Positions 31,090 to 42,043 are shown, numbered from the stretch's first letter. The stretch: DNA of 64,000 nt from Candidatus Poribacteria bacterium (GCA_963663765.2 CAXXUA010000005.1:544001-608000); one strand, 5' to 3'. Made by a program: numbers and translations. The notes: generated by a model from the letters alone, not told the origin.

Positions 31090-31116
31090 TTTTTTATTTT
31101 GATTCTTTTTTAGTGA

Positions 31117-31158
31117 ACAGGCAGGTATCCGTATTGGGATACCTGCCTGTTTTGTTTT
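31117..31158 (+). terminator. Intrinsic terminator
   Basis: ACAGGCAGGTATCC-loop-GGATACCTGCCTGT followed by a T tract. Confidence 0.8.
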
Positions 31159-31322
31159 GTAATGGGAGGTTTTCTTATGGGAGTGAGTCAAGGCGGGAGG
31201 AAGAATACTTTACGCCCTTTCCGCTCACTCCAGATATTCTTTATTAACGTGATCTCGGCAAAAGTCTTTGTAGAGCAAACTGTTAGTTTGTGTTCCACAG
31301 ATGCACAAACTAACAGTTTGTG

Positions 31323-32435
31323 CTACATCGGTTTTATAGCCATTATCCGCACAGATGCAGTAAATGTCTCTTGAGGTGGTAGCACTATCACTCCTGCAGG
31401 AATGCCTCTACTTTCTAAATTGATTGCATCTGTTGGACAAGTATATGGTTCAAAGCAGATAGCATCTCTTCCTGGAGGGGTATACACCACAAGTTCTCTA
31501 AATGATGCATCCGATTCCATCACCATGCCGTACCCAATATCCTTATTCTCAATTAGACACCGACTTACACCATCTACTAACAGAACATCTGTAAAGACAT
31601 GGTCAAGTTTCAACTTTTCAAAAGGTTGTCCATTTCGCAAGTCAAGTACACCATGGACAGCATGACGTTCACCTGTTGGAACAAGAACATCGTCCAAATC
31701 CCAATATTTGTTTGCTGGTACTGTTATCAATGCTTTGGACGCATCAGCTATTCCAGTTGGGTTGACATTAAAATAGGGATGAATTCCGAACCCTACAGGC
31801 ATGTTTCCAGTACCTATGTTTTCTATTTCTACTTGCATAGTTAGCCTTGAGTCTTTTAGCGTGTATGTAATCTGTATAACAAACGGAAACGGAAATTGAC
31901 GAACCACATCGGAATAGTCTTCAGAATTCAGAGAGCATACCAACACTGCACCGTTTTCATCTGCTTCATGTTTGTCAATTTTATAGGGTCGGTTTAACAA
32001 CAACCCGTGAATTGTCGTTGGGGATTCTGGTGTTTTGTCGAATTGATAGGTCTTACCCTCAAATTCCCATTTACCATCCCGAATTCGATTTGGAAAAGGA
32101 AATAGGATAGGATTACCATAAGCAGTTGGTCGTAGTTTGAGAGTCTCTATATCAGGTGGTTCGTCTATAATGTTTAACCATGTATTACCATCGGCAATTC
32201 TAAACGAATAACAGTTATTTCCAAGTTCAGGGATGATCTTGGCAATTGCTTTTCCTTTTTGCTCAATGGAATAAATGTCGTAGTCATGCGAATGGGTAGA
32301 TTTGCTTGCTAAATAGATTGTTTGCATTACTATATTCTCTTTATCAGAGTTTGTTTTCCTCTTTGGTAATAATAGAAGAACGCAGGCTGTCACAATACAA
32401 AGAACGCATATAAAGGACAAAGCAATGTACTTCAT
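31323..32435 (-). CDS. Aldose 1-epimerase family protein with N-terminal hydrophobic anchor
   Basis: LFPFPNRI.DG, IHG, GFGIHPYF and ICFEP motifs. Confidence 0.88.
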   Translation of the reverse strand: MKYIALSFICVLCIVTACVLLLLPKRKTNSDKENIVMQTIYLASKSTHSHDYDIYSIEQKGKAIAKIIPELGNNCYSFRIADGNTWLNIIDEPPDIETLKLRPTAYGNPILFPFPNRIRDGKWEFEGKTYQFDKTPESPTTIHGLLLNRPYKIDKHEADENGAVLVCSLNSEDYSDVVRQFPFPFVIQITYTLKDSRLTMQVEIENIGTGNMPVGFGIHPYFNVNPTGIADASKALITVPANKYWDLDDVLVPTGERHAVHGVLDLRNGQPFEKLKLDHVFTDVLLVDGVSRCLIENKDIGYGMVMESDASFRELVVYTPPGRDAICFEPYTCPTDAINLESRGIPAGVIVLPPQETFTASVRIMAIKPM

Positions 32436-32453
32436 CTTTCATTCTCTCAACTA

Positions 32454-33065
32454 TTATTTTCCACACCATAGAATACCGCGCCGCAACACTTCATGAAAAT
32501 TCGGATGAGAATAGGTTCTGTTATCGTGTCCACTCTGTAGACAGAAAACTCGCGAATTTCCATATTCGCGAGTCCACCCTATAACTTTCATACTATTAGG
32601 ATGATCTACAGTGAGAAGTATAGTACTGTCTTCACCCGTAGATTTCATCGTATAGGTTTCGTCAATCATTTCCCAATTAGATAGGTCTTTGGTGATAGTA
32701 TGAGTAGGGTCTGTAACTTGCACTTGAAGTGTCTGCTTGTGGAAGTAGTCAAAATCAGCACGTTCAGATATTCCACACAACTCAGAATATGCATCCCAAT
32801 CAGGAAACGCCAATATTGCATGATGTAAAATGACAATTCCTTGTCCACGAACAGTGAGATCCAGAATTGTCTTTGCTTGTGCTTCTGTTGGGTATGGACG
32901 ATGGAAGTTGTAAAATACTACGGTATCATAATCTTGTTGATTAGGATCGTCTACAAAGTGGTCTAAATCTTCGCGAACATAAACTATTCCTTCCATACTT
33001 TTAAATAATGCATCAAAGTCCTTTTCACGGAACCCGTGTTCACCCGTTACAACTGCAATGTTCAT
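32454..33065 (-). CDS. ThuA-like (trehalose utilization) domain protein
   Basis: DETY and WTREYG.SRVF....GH motifs. Confidence 0.85.
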   Translation of the reverse strand: MNIAVVTGEHGFREKDFDALFKSMEGIVYVREDLDHFVDDPNQQDYDTVVFYNFHRPYPTEAQAKTILDLTVRGQGIVILHHAILAFPDWDAYSELCGISERADFDYFHKQTLQVQVTDPTHTITKDLSNWEMIDETYTMKSTGEDSTILLTVDHPNSMKVIGWTREYGNSRVFCLQSGHDNRTYSHPNFHEVLRRGILWCGK

Positions 33066-33114
33066 ATTTCTATGCTGCTCCTAAATGAAAACACTTTTAT
33101 GATATTTTAACTAA

Positions 33115-33248
33115 CAGGACTTTCGCACCCAACGGTAGGCGCGCTTTGTAAGCGCGCTTTGTAAGCGCGCTGGAAACACAAAAAATGTTGAAAATTACAT
33201 CATTTTCATCACAATTCTTGATTAAATCATGAAAACTGCGTAATCCTG
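33115..33248. mobile_element. MITE family A
   Basis: CAGGACTTTCGCA...TGCGTAATCCTG ends; 5-bp TSD ACTAA, which includes the stop codon of the adjacent gene. Confidence 0.88.
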
Positions 33249-33249
33249 A

Positions 33250-34422
33250 CTAATTAACAATTGCTTGATAAGCTAACACGCGAAATTGTGCGTGAAACGG
33301 ATTATCACCGATTAATTGTGTCATCAAAATAGCAACTAATTCCTCCGCAGGATCAATCCAAAATGTAGTACTCGCAAGACCACCCCAACTAAACGTGCCA
33401 ATAGAACCGAGAGTTTGGGTTGCAGCTACATCAGTGACGACTGCAAAACCCAGACCGAATCCGCATCCTGCCCTCCACAAAGGCTGCCAATCTTCGGATA
33501 TATGATTCATCGTCATCAGTTCAACTGTTTTGCGTCCAAGTAACCTCTCACCGTTGAATTCACCCTTGTTCAACAGCATTTGACAGAAACGTAGGTAGTC
33601 AGCAGCAGTTGACTGTAAACCTGCACCACCAGCATGGAAAAAACTCAATGGACCACTTGACACAGGTGGATTCGTTATCACTTGAATACCACCATCTTCT
33701 GTCGGCTCATATACTGATGCATATCTATCCGCCTTATCCTCTGGTACTGAAAAATCCGTATCAACCATGCCTAAGGGTTCAAAAATCCGCTTTTTCAAGA
33801 ACTCTGCAAACGGCATACCCGAAACAACCTCTACAAGATAGCCAAGTACATCTGTAGACATTCCATAATTCCAAGCATCTCCAGGGTGGTGCAAAAGGGG
33901 TATATCTCCAAGTTCCTTTACCATATCTACCAGACCACCGTCAAAGAACTTTGCTTCACGATAACGATCATTAATTGGGTGTTCCCAGTCGCCTCCATAA
34001 ATCAATCCAGAAGTGTGTGTTAGAAGGTGTTTGAAAGTCACCTCCCGTTCTGCCTCAACGATGGCATCCCCATGATTAGCATAAGCTTTCATATCTTTGA
34101 AGGCAGGTATAAATCGGGATATAGGAGAATTCAGTTGGAAATGTCCTTCTTCATATAACATCATAATTGCAACACTTGTAATCGGTTTCGTCATTGAATA
34201 GATTCTGAAAATAGTATCAAAGTCAATAGGTTTTTCAGTTGCTACATCCTGCATGCCGATTTTCTCAAAGTGTGCAAGTTTCCCTGCGCGAGCTATCATT
34301 GTTAATACGCCAGGGATTTTTCCATCATCTACCCATCGTTGCATAACTGGTGTAATCCTATTTAACCGCGTTGCAGACATGCCTACTTCTTCCGGTACTA
34401 CACGCGGTAGTCCATAGTCCAT
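33250..34422 (-). CDS. Serine hydrolase, beta-lactamase family
   Basis: FRIYSMTK, LLTHTSG, W.YG and WGG motifs. Confidence 0.92.
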   Translation of the reverse strand: MDYGLPRVVPEEVGMSATRLNRITPVMQRWVDDGKIPGVLTMIARAGKLAHFEKIGMQDVATEKPIDFDTIFRIYSMTKPITSVAIMMLYEEGHFQLNSPISRFIPAFKDMKAYANHGDAIVEAEREVTFKHLLTHTSGLIYGGDWEHPINDRYREAKFFDGGLVDMVKELGDIPLLHHPGDAWNYGMSTDVLGYLVEVVSGMPFAEFLKKRIFEPLGMVDTDFSVPEDKADRYASVYEPTEDGGIQVITNPPVSSGPLSFFHAGGAGLQSTAADYLRFCQMLLNKGEFNGERLLGRKTVELMTMNHISEDWQPLWRAGCGFGLGFAVVTDVAATQTLGSIGTFSWGGLASTTFWIDPAEELVAILMTQLIGDNPFHAQFRVLAYQAIVN

Positions 34423-34460
34423 AATGGTTTTTCTCCTATTACTATCTGAAGTGAATACCT

Positions 34461-35714
34461 TTAGTTGCTACTTGCTTCTGAATCTCTTAAAGCTTGATAT
34501 GTCAACTTCTCAAATTCTCCTGCAAATCCATAACGATTGTTGAGGAGTTGAGTCATTAGAATAGCAACAAGTTTTTCTTCTGGATCAATCCAAAATACAG
34601 TGCTGGCAGCACCTGCCCAACTATAGGTCCCTACAGACCTACCTTTATTGTTTTCACCAACTTTCGTAATTACATTGAAGCCGAGTCCAAAGGCAGCATT
34701 CTGTCTATATTGATGATGTGGATGTCGCATCAAATCAACTGTCTCATCTGATAGAATCCTCACACCATCTAACTCACCACCATTGAGTAGCATCTGACAG
34801 AAACGCAGATAATCTGCTGCGGTTGAGACGAGTCCACCTCCACCCGATGGAAAAAAGCTGAGTTCGTCGTTTGCAAGTGGTGCATTCCCAACAAGGCGTA
34901 ATCCACCTTCATTGTTTGGTCTATAGAGTGCCGCAAACCTATCCACCTTCTCTTTTGGAACAGAAAATCCGGTGTCCATCATACCAAGCTGTCCAAAGAT
35001 GCGCGTTTGGAGGAACTCCTCAAACGGCATGTCTGATACCACTTCTACAAGGTATCCGAGAACATCTGTAGCAACACCATAATTCCATCTTTCTCCTGGT
35101 TCGTGAACAAGTGGAATGTCCCCCAACTTCTCTGCCATTTCTGCTAATGTGGAATCTTGTTTGAAAATCTTCAGTTCACCATAGAGTTTTGATATGGGAT
35201 TGTTTCCCCATCCATAAGTCAAACCCGCAGTATGTGTTAAAAGATGTTTGATGGTCATCTTATTCTTTGCATCATGTGTTTCTGTTTGTTCCTTGTTAAA
35301 AACCTTCATGTCCTTAAATGCAGGAATATAATTCTCAACTGGGTCGTCAAGTTTGAAATGTCCATCTTGAAATAGGATCATCACAGCAACACTGGTAATT
35401 GGTTTTGACATTGAATAGATGCGAAATATGGTGTCAACTTCAACCGGTTTCTGATTTTCAACATCACGCATACCAAGTGGATTAAAATGCACTATATTTC
35501 CATCTTTTGCAATGACAGTCAAGAAGCCGGGTAGTTGTCCTTTATCAACATATTCCTGCAGTGCAGGTGCAATCTTATCAAGTGACTCTGTGGAAAGTCC
35601 TAAATCCTCAGGTGCTGCCTTCGGTAGACCCTGTTCATGAACTACTTTAGACTTTCCACAAGCAAGAACCAGAATGCAAATAATAAGAAAATAATAAATC
35701 CTTGGTATTTTCAA
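34461..35714 (-). CDS. Serine hydrolase, beta-lactamase family lipoprotein (tandem paralog)
   Basis: VLAC lipobox; FRIYSMSK and LLTHTAG motifs. Confidence 0.92.
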   Translation of the reverse strand: MKIPRIYYFLIICILVLACGKSKVVHEQGLPKAAPEDLGLSTESLDKIAPALQEYVDKGQLPGFLTVIAKDGNIVHFNPLGMRDVENQKPVEVDTIFRIYSMSKPITSVAVMILFQDGHFKLDDPVENYIPAFKDMKVFNKEQTETHDAKNKMTIKHLLTHTAGLTYGWGNNPISKLYGELKIFKQDSTLAEMAEKLGDIPLVHEPGERWNYGVATDVLGYLVEVVSDMPFEEFLQTRIFGQLGMMDTGFSVPKEKVDRFAALYRPNNEGGLRLVGNAPLANDELSFFPSGGGGLVSTAADYLRFCQMLLNGGELDGVRILSDETVDLMRHPHHQYRQNAAFGLGFNVITKVGENNKGRSVGTYSWAGAASTVFWIDPEEKLVAILMTQLLNNRYGFAGEFEKLTYQALRDSEASSN

Positions 35715-35737
35715 ATTCCTCTCCTTCTATGTTTTTT

Positions 35738-36544
35738 CTATTGAACTTGTTTGATGTATCCCCATCGCGTAGTAAGTTTGCTTTCAGGGTCAACACTCAA
35801 TATTTGTGCTAATCCAACCGCCATAGCTTCCTTTATTTCGGCTTCGCTTCTTGCGATGTTAGAAATACGTATCTCTTCAATAATACCATATAATCCGGCA
35901 GTATTTCCTACATTCGCTACACCGATGGTAATCGGATCGTTGCTTTGGAAAGTATTAGAATTATCCTTTTCAAATTCTAATACACCGTCAACATATACAC
36001 GTCCCGTTTCCCCATCAAAAGTAAACGCGAGATAGTGCCAAACACTGTCTGTGATGTCGGTAGTTCCATTTAAATTGAATGCACAACCACCATTTGCTCC
36101 TATCTGTCCATGCAAAACCTTGCTCGTATTATGTACCCATATACCGTAGTTTCGATTATTACATCCCTGCATCTGTTTGCACACAATACCTTGCCAATTT
36201 CCTGCGTGTTCAGTTATTTTGACTAAGGCTTCAATGGTAAGAGTCTCTAACTCCAATTTGCTGGTCGAATCAACAACGATATAACCACTGCCATCCCCTG
36301 GAAACTGTATCCCTGTCCCAAATTTTGCTTTGACCCTATTTAGGTTACCGGTGAATTCACCTTCGTGTCCATTGCCCGAAGCATCTCTAACAACAGTACC
36401 GCTTTCCTCTTCAAAAAGCCAGACTGCTACAGTGTTTTCGTCTACTACAGCATCTGTTGAAATAATACTTGATAGCAGAAAAACTACAATTGCAAGAATA
36501 CTAATTTGTGTCATATATGATATTCTTAATTTTGAATCGCACAC
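35738..36544 (-). CDS. LamG/concanavalin A-like secreted protein
   Basis: VAVWLFEE..G...D.SG, WH..AFTFDG...YVDG; C-terminal VDPESKLTTRWGYIK. Confidence 0.88.
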   Translation of the reverse strand: MCDSKLRISYMTQISILAIVVFLLSSIISTDAVVDENTVAVWLFEEESGTVVRDASGNGHEGEFTGNLNRVKAKFGTGIQFPGDGSGYIVVDSTSKLELETLTIEALVKITEHAGNWQGIVCKQMQGCNNRNYGIWVHNTSKVLHGQIGANGGCAFNLNGTTDITDSVWHYLAFTFDGETGRVYVDGVLEFEKDNSNTFQSNDPITIGVANVGNTAGLYGIIEEIRISNIARSEAEIKEAMAVGLAQILSVDPESKLTTRWGYIKQVQ

Positions 36545-36694
36545 GATCTTTACTCCTCTATTTTGAAGGATTGAAAAACTAATCTATATTTACATTAAGA
36601 TCTTACCTTTAGAAACTGTTCTGTCTATACAATACACTTATGTTGTAATGTTATCATATAGCATTATTTGTGTCAATAGTGTATTAAACTTGGG

Positions 36695-37133
36695 CAAGGT
36701 TATTCAGTTTTCAATATTTTTGGCTTTTTGAAAAAAGAAACCCCGCGGTAGGAGCGACCTCCCGGTCGCGATTTTCTCACAAAAATGTGAAAAATGGTTA
36801 AAACTGAATAACCCTGTATACTTGGGCAGGGTTATTCAGATGTAGGTATTTTTGATAATTTTTTACTCTGACGTTAATTTTGTGTGTTGCCATCTTCTCC
36901 GTGTCTTTAGTCCCGTAGGGACGATATGTTTATAGATAAATGTTATCCACCTCTCTTGAGTTCCGTAGGAACGACATAGAAGAATAAATATATCGTCACT
37001 ACGGGACTAAAGAGCGAAGTTCATGTTTCAATAATCTAAAATTGATATATAAAGATCGGTTAGGAAACCGATCCCAGGTATTAACTTTCAGTAAATATCA
37101 ATAACAGAATACTCTTAAAACTGAATATCCCTG
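36695..37133. mobile_element. Two family-B MITEs in tandem at one target
   Basis: Elements 36695-36816 and 36827-37133; target copies TAAACTTGGG, TATACTTGGG and ATACTTGGG. Confidence 0.85.
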
Positions 37134-37362
37134 ATACTTGGGTGTGTAAAGTTTTTACTTATGTCTGAACCAGGATATACAAAATCAAGGGTATGAATGC
37201 GCGTATGGTATTCATACCCTTGATTTGGACCTGGACAACGATGTCATATTACCGATTTTATTTCTTAATCTTCATTAAATTAATGAACTGTAGGAATGAA
37301 CTCCGATTCTTGATCGTTACATTGAAACGTAGAGAATCGGAGAACGTTCCTACAAACGGTTA

Positions 37363-40350
37363 CTATTCTTCAAGTGTAAATCGATGTACACCACTACCTA
37401 ATGTTCCAACATATAGTGTTTGACCATCAACATCAAAGCAGGCAATTTGATATGGAATCTCTGGTGTAACCTGCTTCCATTTACCTGTTTTTTCTTCTAT
37501 TTGAAATATTAACTTACCAACTTGACCGAATACCTTCGAGTCTTCAACAGCAAACCTATCTACAACGGGAGAAACCCCCTCTGTATCTGTGATAATCTGC
37601 CATTCAATTCCGTTTTTGGATCTCACAACACCCTTATCAGTTGCAACGTAGACGGTATTTCCGGCAATAGTAATATCATTGAATTGAACATCTGTAAATG
37701 GCAGTTTTGAAGTAACATCATTCCAGTTGTCTCCTTCATCAAAGGATAGCATAAGGTTTCCATCTCGTTTTCCAACATAAACAGTCTGACCGGAAACTGC
37801 AATTTTGAAACCGCTCGAATATGGATTAATGTTGTGATTATTATATATATCATAGTCAGTTTCATCTATCAGTTGCGTATTGTACCATTTAGATTCACCC
37901 GGCTTCCATCTTAAGAGTACCTTGCTGAATTCTATATAAACTGTAGAATTCTCTATAACGAAACTTCCAACCAGATATTTTATAGAATCATTTAGACTAT
38001 CTGGTATAATTTCGTTATATATTTCATTGAACTTTTCTGCATTGAAATGCATCGGATCAATCTTTTTTTCATTCTCAAGATTTTTCTTTCCATCTTCATG
38101 AAGAGTTTCAAGAAGTGCTTTGCTCATTTTTTTGCTTAACTCACTATTAAAGTCAGGAACACTAAAAGCAGGTATGTCAGGGACAGAACTCATACGATTT
38201 TCTTCGCTGAATTTGCGATATAAGTGAGGTGCAATGTCTCTTGTTCCTCTAGCATATAAAACACCGTTAGATTCAACTAAACTTATAATTTGTCCTGTTC
38301 TTCCTGCTATAGGCAACCAAGATTCCCCGCCATCTGAAGATGTTACCAGTTGATTACCATTGTTTGCATACAGGGAATCATTGACTGCAACTAAATTCTT
38401 CACATAACTATTTGCCATGCCTGTATTGAATTTTTGCCATGTTTTTCCAGCATTGTTGGTTCTGTACACTCCATCATTTCCCGCAGCATAGATTTGGTTA
38501 TCATTAAGAATTGCAACTGCAGGAGGAGTGTGTGTATTAACTAAACTTTCGGGAAAATTAATAATATTTCCTTTTCCATCATTTATGCAAAAACCGTATT
38601 CCGATTCACAAACCAAAAGATTGTCTTGGTATGAAGTTGTCTTGATCGTTGGAGATGTTTCTGTAACTGAGTTACTTGATACTGAATAACTACCTTTTCT
38701 TGGGTTCTTCATAGTCCTTTTCTCTAATTCAACTTTTTCCCAAGTCTTTCCTAAATTTGTGGAACAAAATATCAATAAGGACGGCTTAGCAGTCGTCATC
38801 ATTTGCATGAATTCTGAAGTTAATCTATTCTTTTCTTTTACACCTTCACCCACATAGAGTTTGTAATCCGCACTTGCCACAGAACGAATACTGTTGACTT
38901 TTCCATCTACAGGTATTAATTGCCATGTATCTGACTTTAGTCTATAGAGTCCAGAATCCGTCCCAATAAATACAGAGTTATCTATCGCGGTGATTGCGCG
39001 AATTTTCTTGTCCTTCAATTCCTTGCTCACAACATTCCATGTTTTTCCACTATCTTTGGATTGATATACACTTTTTTCCAATGCTAAATAAAGTGCTTTG
39101 TCAGTTAAAGCCATACCTGCAAACTTTCCTTCTGGTCGTGCACCTAATGAAATCCATGTCTTACCTTTGTCAATAGATGTAAATATTTCTTTGTATGATA
39201 CCACATAAAAGGTATCCTCACGTTCTATCATTTGCAACGCACTCTTAAAAGGCAGGTTAGAACTGATTAAATCCCATCTTTGTTCATCATTAGACAGTTT
39301 GTAGAGTGCCAAATCAGTTCCTGCATATAGCTCACCTTGTGTTGAATTGAAAAGTGTTCTTACAGGACCCCCTTCTGGTCCTTTTGTTTGAACCCAATCA
39401 CCTTTTATTCTTTGTGCTTCGTCTTCACTGGATTGTGCTGCAAATAGTGTCGTGTCTGAATTCTGATCAATACCGTTACCCTGTCCTATTTTAGTTAAGT
39501 TTCCACTTTGTGCTTGGACTGTCGGTTTTTCCGGATTGTCTATGACAAGTTGAGCTTCAGTAATTTCAATCGTCGGTGCAGTTTGTGCATTCAAACTATA
39601 GGGTTCTTGAAAATGAAACAAGTTTTGAGCACCAATACCAATCAGCAACAGGACGAAAATTGCAGATGCTGCAGAAATTGCTATGGGTAATAATGGCTTA
39701 GTTGTTGATGGAACAATTGGTTTTAGTTCGGTAATTTTCTGCATGATGTTTTCTGTGAGTTGTGTAGGCAGGTGGAAACTGCTCAAGTTTTCTTTAATCA
39801 TGGATTCCTCCTTCTTTAATCTATTGCGTGCGCGGTGTAGTCTACTCCGAACAGTATTTGGAGCTACACCTAAAAATTTACCAATATCTTCACATGTCAT
39901 TTCAGCAATGTAATAAAGATTTATTACCGTGCGTTCACTCTCTTTTAATTGACTGAGCAACTTCTGTACGATTGCACGTCGTTTATTGTTTACTGCATCT
40001 TCGCGTTGTTGTGTCATATATTCTGAGTAGTACACCTCCTCTAATTCAACTGGATCAGTATCTTCTAACGACCGTAGATTTAGCCTTTTCTTACGAAACC
40101 AGTTTTTACACTTTCTATCAGCGATAACATAAAGCCAACCCGCAAAGCGATTGTAGTGCTTGAGTGTCTCCAGCTTTTGATATGCTGTTAGGAAGGTATC
40201 CTGCGTAATTTCTTGCGCAACATGGAAATCACCAATTTTCTGCCAAGCTAATGCATGTATCTGTTTCTGGTATTTTTCCACAAGTGCAGCAAAAGCTTTA
40301 TCATTACCATCTATGGTTTGTTGAATCAAGTCAGCATCATTGCTTTTCAT
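37363..40350 (-). CDS. ECF sigma factor fused to a transmembrane helix and extracytoplasmic BNR/beta-propeller domain
   Basis: Sigma regions 2 and 4 (AQEITQDTF, TVRSRLHRAR); hydrophobic AISAASAIFVLLLIGI; repeated S.D.G.TW. Confidence 0.9.
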   Translation of the reverse strand: MKSNDADLIQQTIDGNDKAFAALVEKYQKQIHALAWQKIGDFHVAQEITQDTFLTAYQKLETLKHYNRFAGWLYVIADRKCKNWFRKKRLNLRSLEDTDPVELEEVYYSEYMTQQREDAVNNKRRAIVQKLLSQLKESERTVINLYYIAEMTCEDIGKFLGVAPNTVRSRLHRARNRLKKEESMIKENLSSFHLPTQLTENIMQKITELKPIVPSTTKPLLPIAISAASAIFVLLLIGIGAQNLFHFQEPYSLNAQTAPTIEITEAQLVIDNPEKPTVQAQSGNLTKIGQGNGIDQNSDTTLFAAQSSEDEAQRIKGDWVQTKGPEGGPVRTLFNSTQGELYAGTDLALYKLSNDEQRWDLISSNLPFKSALQMIEREDTFYVVSYKEIFTSIDKGKTWISLGARPEGKFAGMALTDKALYLALEKSVYQSKDSGKTWNVVSKELKDKKIRAITAIDNSVFIGTDSGLYRLKSDTWQLIPVDGKVNSIRSVASADYKLYVGEGVKEKNRLTSEFMQMMTTAKPSLLIFCSTNLGKTWEKVELEKRTMKNPRKGSYSVSSNSVTETSPTIKTTSYQDNLLVCESEYGFCINDGKGNIINFPESLVNTHTPPAVAILNDNQIYAAGNDGVYRTNNAGKTWQKFNTGMANSYVKNLVAVNDSLYANNGNQLVTSSDGGESWLPIAGRTGQIISLVESNGVLYARGTRDIAPHLYRKFSEENRMSSVPDIPAFSVPDFNSELSKKMSKALLETLHEDGKKNLENEKKIDPMHFNAEKFNEIYNEIIPDSLNDSIKYLVGSFVIENSTVYIEFSKVLLRWKPGESKWYNTQLIDETDYDIYNNHNINPYSSGFKIAVSGQTVYVGKRDGNLMLSFDEGDNWNDVTSKLPFTDVQFNDITIAGNTVYVATDKGVVRSKNGIEWQIITDTEGVSPVVDRFAVEDSKVFGQVGKLIFQIEEKTGKWKQVTPEIPYQIACFDVDGQTLYVGTLGSGVHRFTLEE

Positions 40351-40385
40351 TGCAAACCTCAAAACAAATTAGTCTTTAAATATAT

Positions 40386-40413
40386 AGACACAATTCTGGA
40401 GAAGATAATTGCA
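40386..40413 (-). promoter_or_regulatory. Candidate ECF-type promoter TGCAA-N18-TGTCT
   Basis: Related motifs at 53696-53724, 58098-58125 and 60769-60796. Confidence 0.45.
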
Positions 40414-40594
40414 TAATTTGCAAAATAATGTTTTTGTGGGAGAGTGGGAGGAATTTGGAAATAAAATTCATTTTGCAAAATGATAGTTCAATTGGAATAG
40501 TATTTTTCATATTTAGATGTAATGAAAACAGAAAAACCCCTATGCCTTACAGCACAAGACATAGGGGTTTGAATTATGAAAGGCCATTTAGCTG

Positions 40595-42043
40595 CTATTC
40601 CTTATCATCATCAGGATAATCAATTGCCCACTTACCGCGTCCCTCTCCGGTGGGAGGTTCTTGCCATAAAGCAAGGAAACGTTCTGGAGCGTTGTGTTCC
40701 AATAGATGCGCCATAAAAAGCTGATGAAGCTCAGTGATTAGGTCTGAATTATCTTCAGCAAGGTTATTCGTAGCAATTGGATCAACTGTCAGGTCAAACA
40801 ACTCAGGAGTTCCATAAGCACCAACAGGTGCATATCCCCATCGTTCAGTGACAAGGAACGGTGTCGTTGCTCGACGCGGGACAGTACCATTACGGGAACC
40901 TATATGTGTACCTGTAACAGCATATTCTCTGTGTTGACTTTCACCACTTAAGAGTGCTTCAGCAAATGACCGACCTTCAAAAGGTTTCGGTGGGTTAAGC
41001 GTAACACCTGCCAGATCACACAAAGATGGGAGTATATCCATGGGTTGTGCAATCATATCAAGCTGTTGACCTTGTGGAATATTATTTCCTGCTATCAAGA
41101 ACATCTGATGGTTGATTTCGGGATATGTAGGCCAAAACCGCGGATCTTCTGAATCAATGTTAGATTTTCCAGTTCTATCATGTTCTCCAATTGACATACC
41201 GTGGTCTGACATCACAACAACAATCGTGTCATCCCATAGTTCAAGGTCTTCCACCTTTTCAAGAATACGACCAATATGTCGGTCAACCATTTCTGATTCA
41301 CCAGCGTAGTGCGCCCAGAGGTTGTACAACTCTGCATCGGTGTAAATAGAGGAACGTCCATAGTTTGGATGAAGCATCGGTGCTCCAGAATAGTCAGGAT
41401 CATAACGTCTCACGATGTATTCGGGAGGATCCCACGGTTCGTGAGGATCAAAAAAGTCAACCCACAGGAAGAAAGGTCCTGAACGGTAGTTCTCTTCTAA
41501 GAATCGTATAGCGGTTTGTGATGTTCTCCCAGAAAACGTCTCCGCTTCATATTGATAATATCGGTTCGTCCAACGGTGCGTATTCGGTAAGGTGTTACCC
41601 CTAAAAGCTGGGTTTGGACGTGTCTTATTGTCAGGCATGATAGTCTGAATCTCATCGTTGAGATGTAGCAGAGGTTTGTCCCCCTCCTGCCCGCGATGTT
41701 GAAATGCAGCTTGAAAACCTTGTTGGAATCGTGCATTGAATAGATGCGGACAATCACAGATTAACTGTGTGGCATATCCCTGACCAGCCAAGAGTTTGGC
41801 GATATGGTTCGGTCCACTCAGGTCAATTGCTTGCCATCCATAGTGAGGCCACCCCAATGTACTGGTTGCGACATCCGTACGATGAGGAATTGTGGGGAAA
41901 CTGCTCATATAGAATTTATCTATAGCAGTAGCACGTTCAGCTTCAAATCTATCAAGCATCGGTGTTCGGATTGGCTTTTCTGCCCGTTCACCGAGGTTGT
42001 CATGACGAAATGTATCAGTAATTAGTAAGACGATATTTTTCAT
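40595..42043 (-). CDS. Sulfatase-like / alkaline phosphatase superfamily hydrolase
   Basis: ITDTFR.D, FDPHEPW and SDHG motifs; nucleophile motif reads T-I-P-H-R. Confidence 0.85.
   Translation of the reverse strand: MKNIVLLITDTFRHDNLGERAEKPIRTPMLDRFEAERATAIDKFYMSSFPTIPHRTDVATSTLGWPHYGWQAIDLSGPNHIAKLLAGQGYATQLICDCPHLFNARFQQGFQAAFQHRGQEGDKPLLHLNDEIQTIMPDNKTRPNPAFRGNTLPNTHRWTNRYYQYEAETFSGRTSQTAIRFLEENYRSGPFFLWVDFFDPHEPWDPPEYIVRRYDPDYSGAPMLHPNYGRSSIYTDAELYNLWAHYAGESEMVDRHIGRILEKVEDLELWDDTIVVVMSDHGMSIGEHDRTGKSNIDSEDPRFWPTYPEINHQMFLIAGNNIPQGQQLDMIAQPMDILPSLCDLAGVTLNPPKPFEGRSFAEALLSGESQHREYAVTGTHIGSRNGTVPRRATTPFLVTERWGYAPVGAYGTPELFDLTVDPIATNNLAEDNSDLITELHQLFMAHLLEHNAPERFLALWQEPPTGEGRGKWAIDYPDDDKE

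Noticed and set aside
33250-35714. Antibiotic-resistance beta-lactamases
   Set aside because: Motifs fit the broad family VIII esterase / serine hydrolase group; no specific support for resistance
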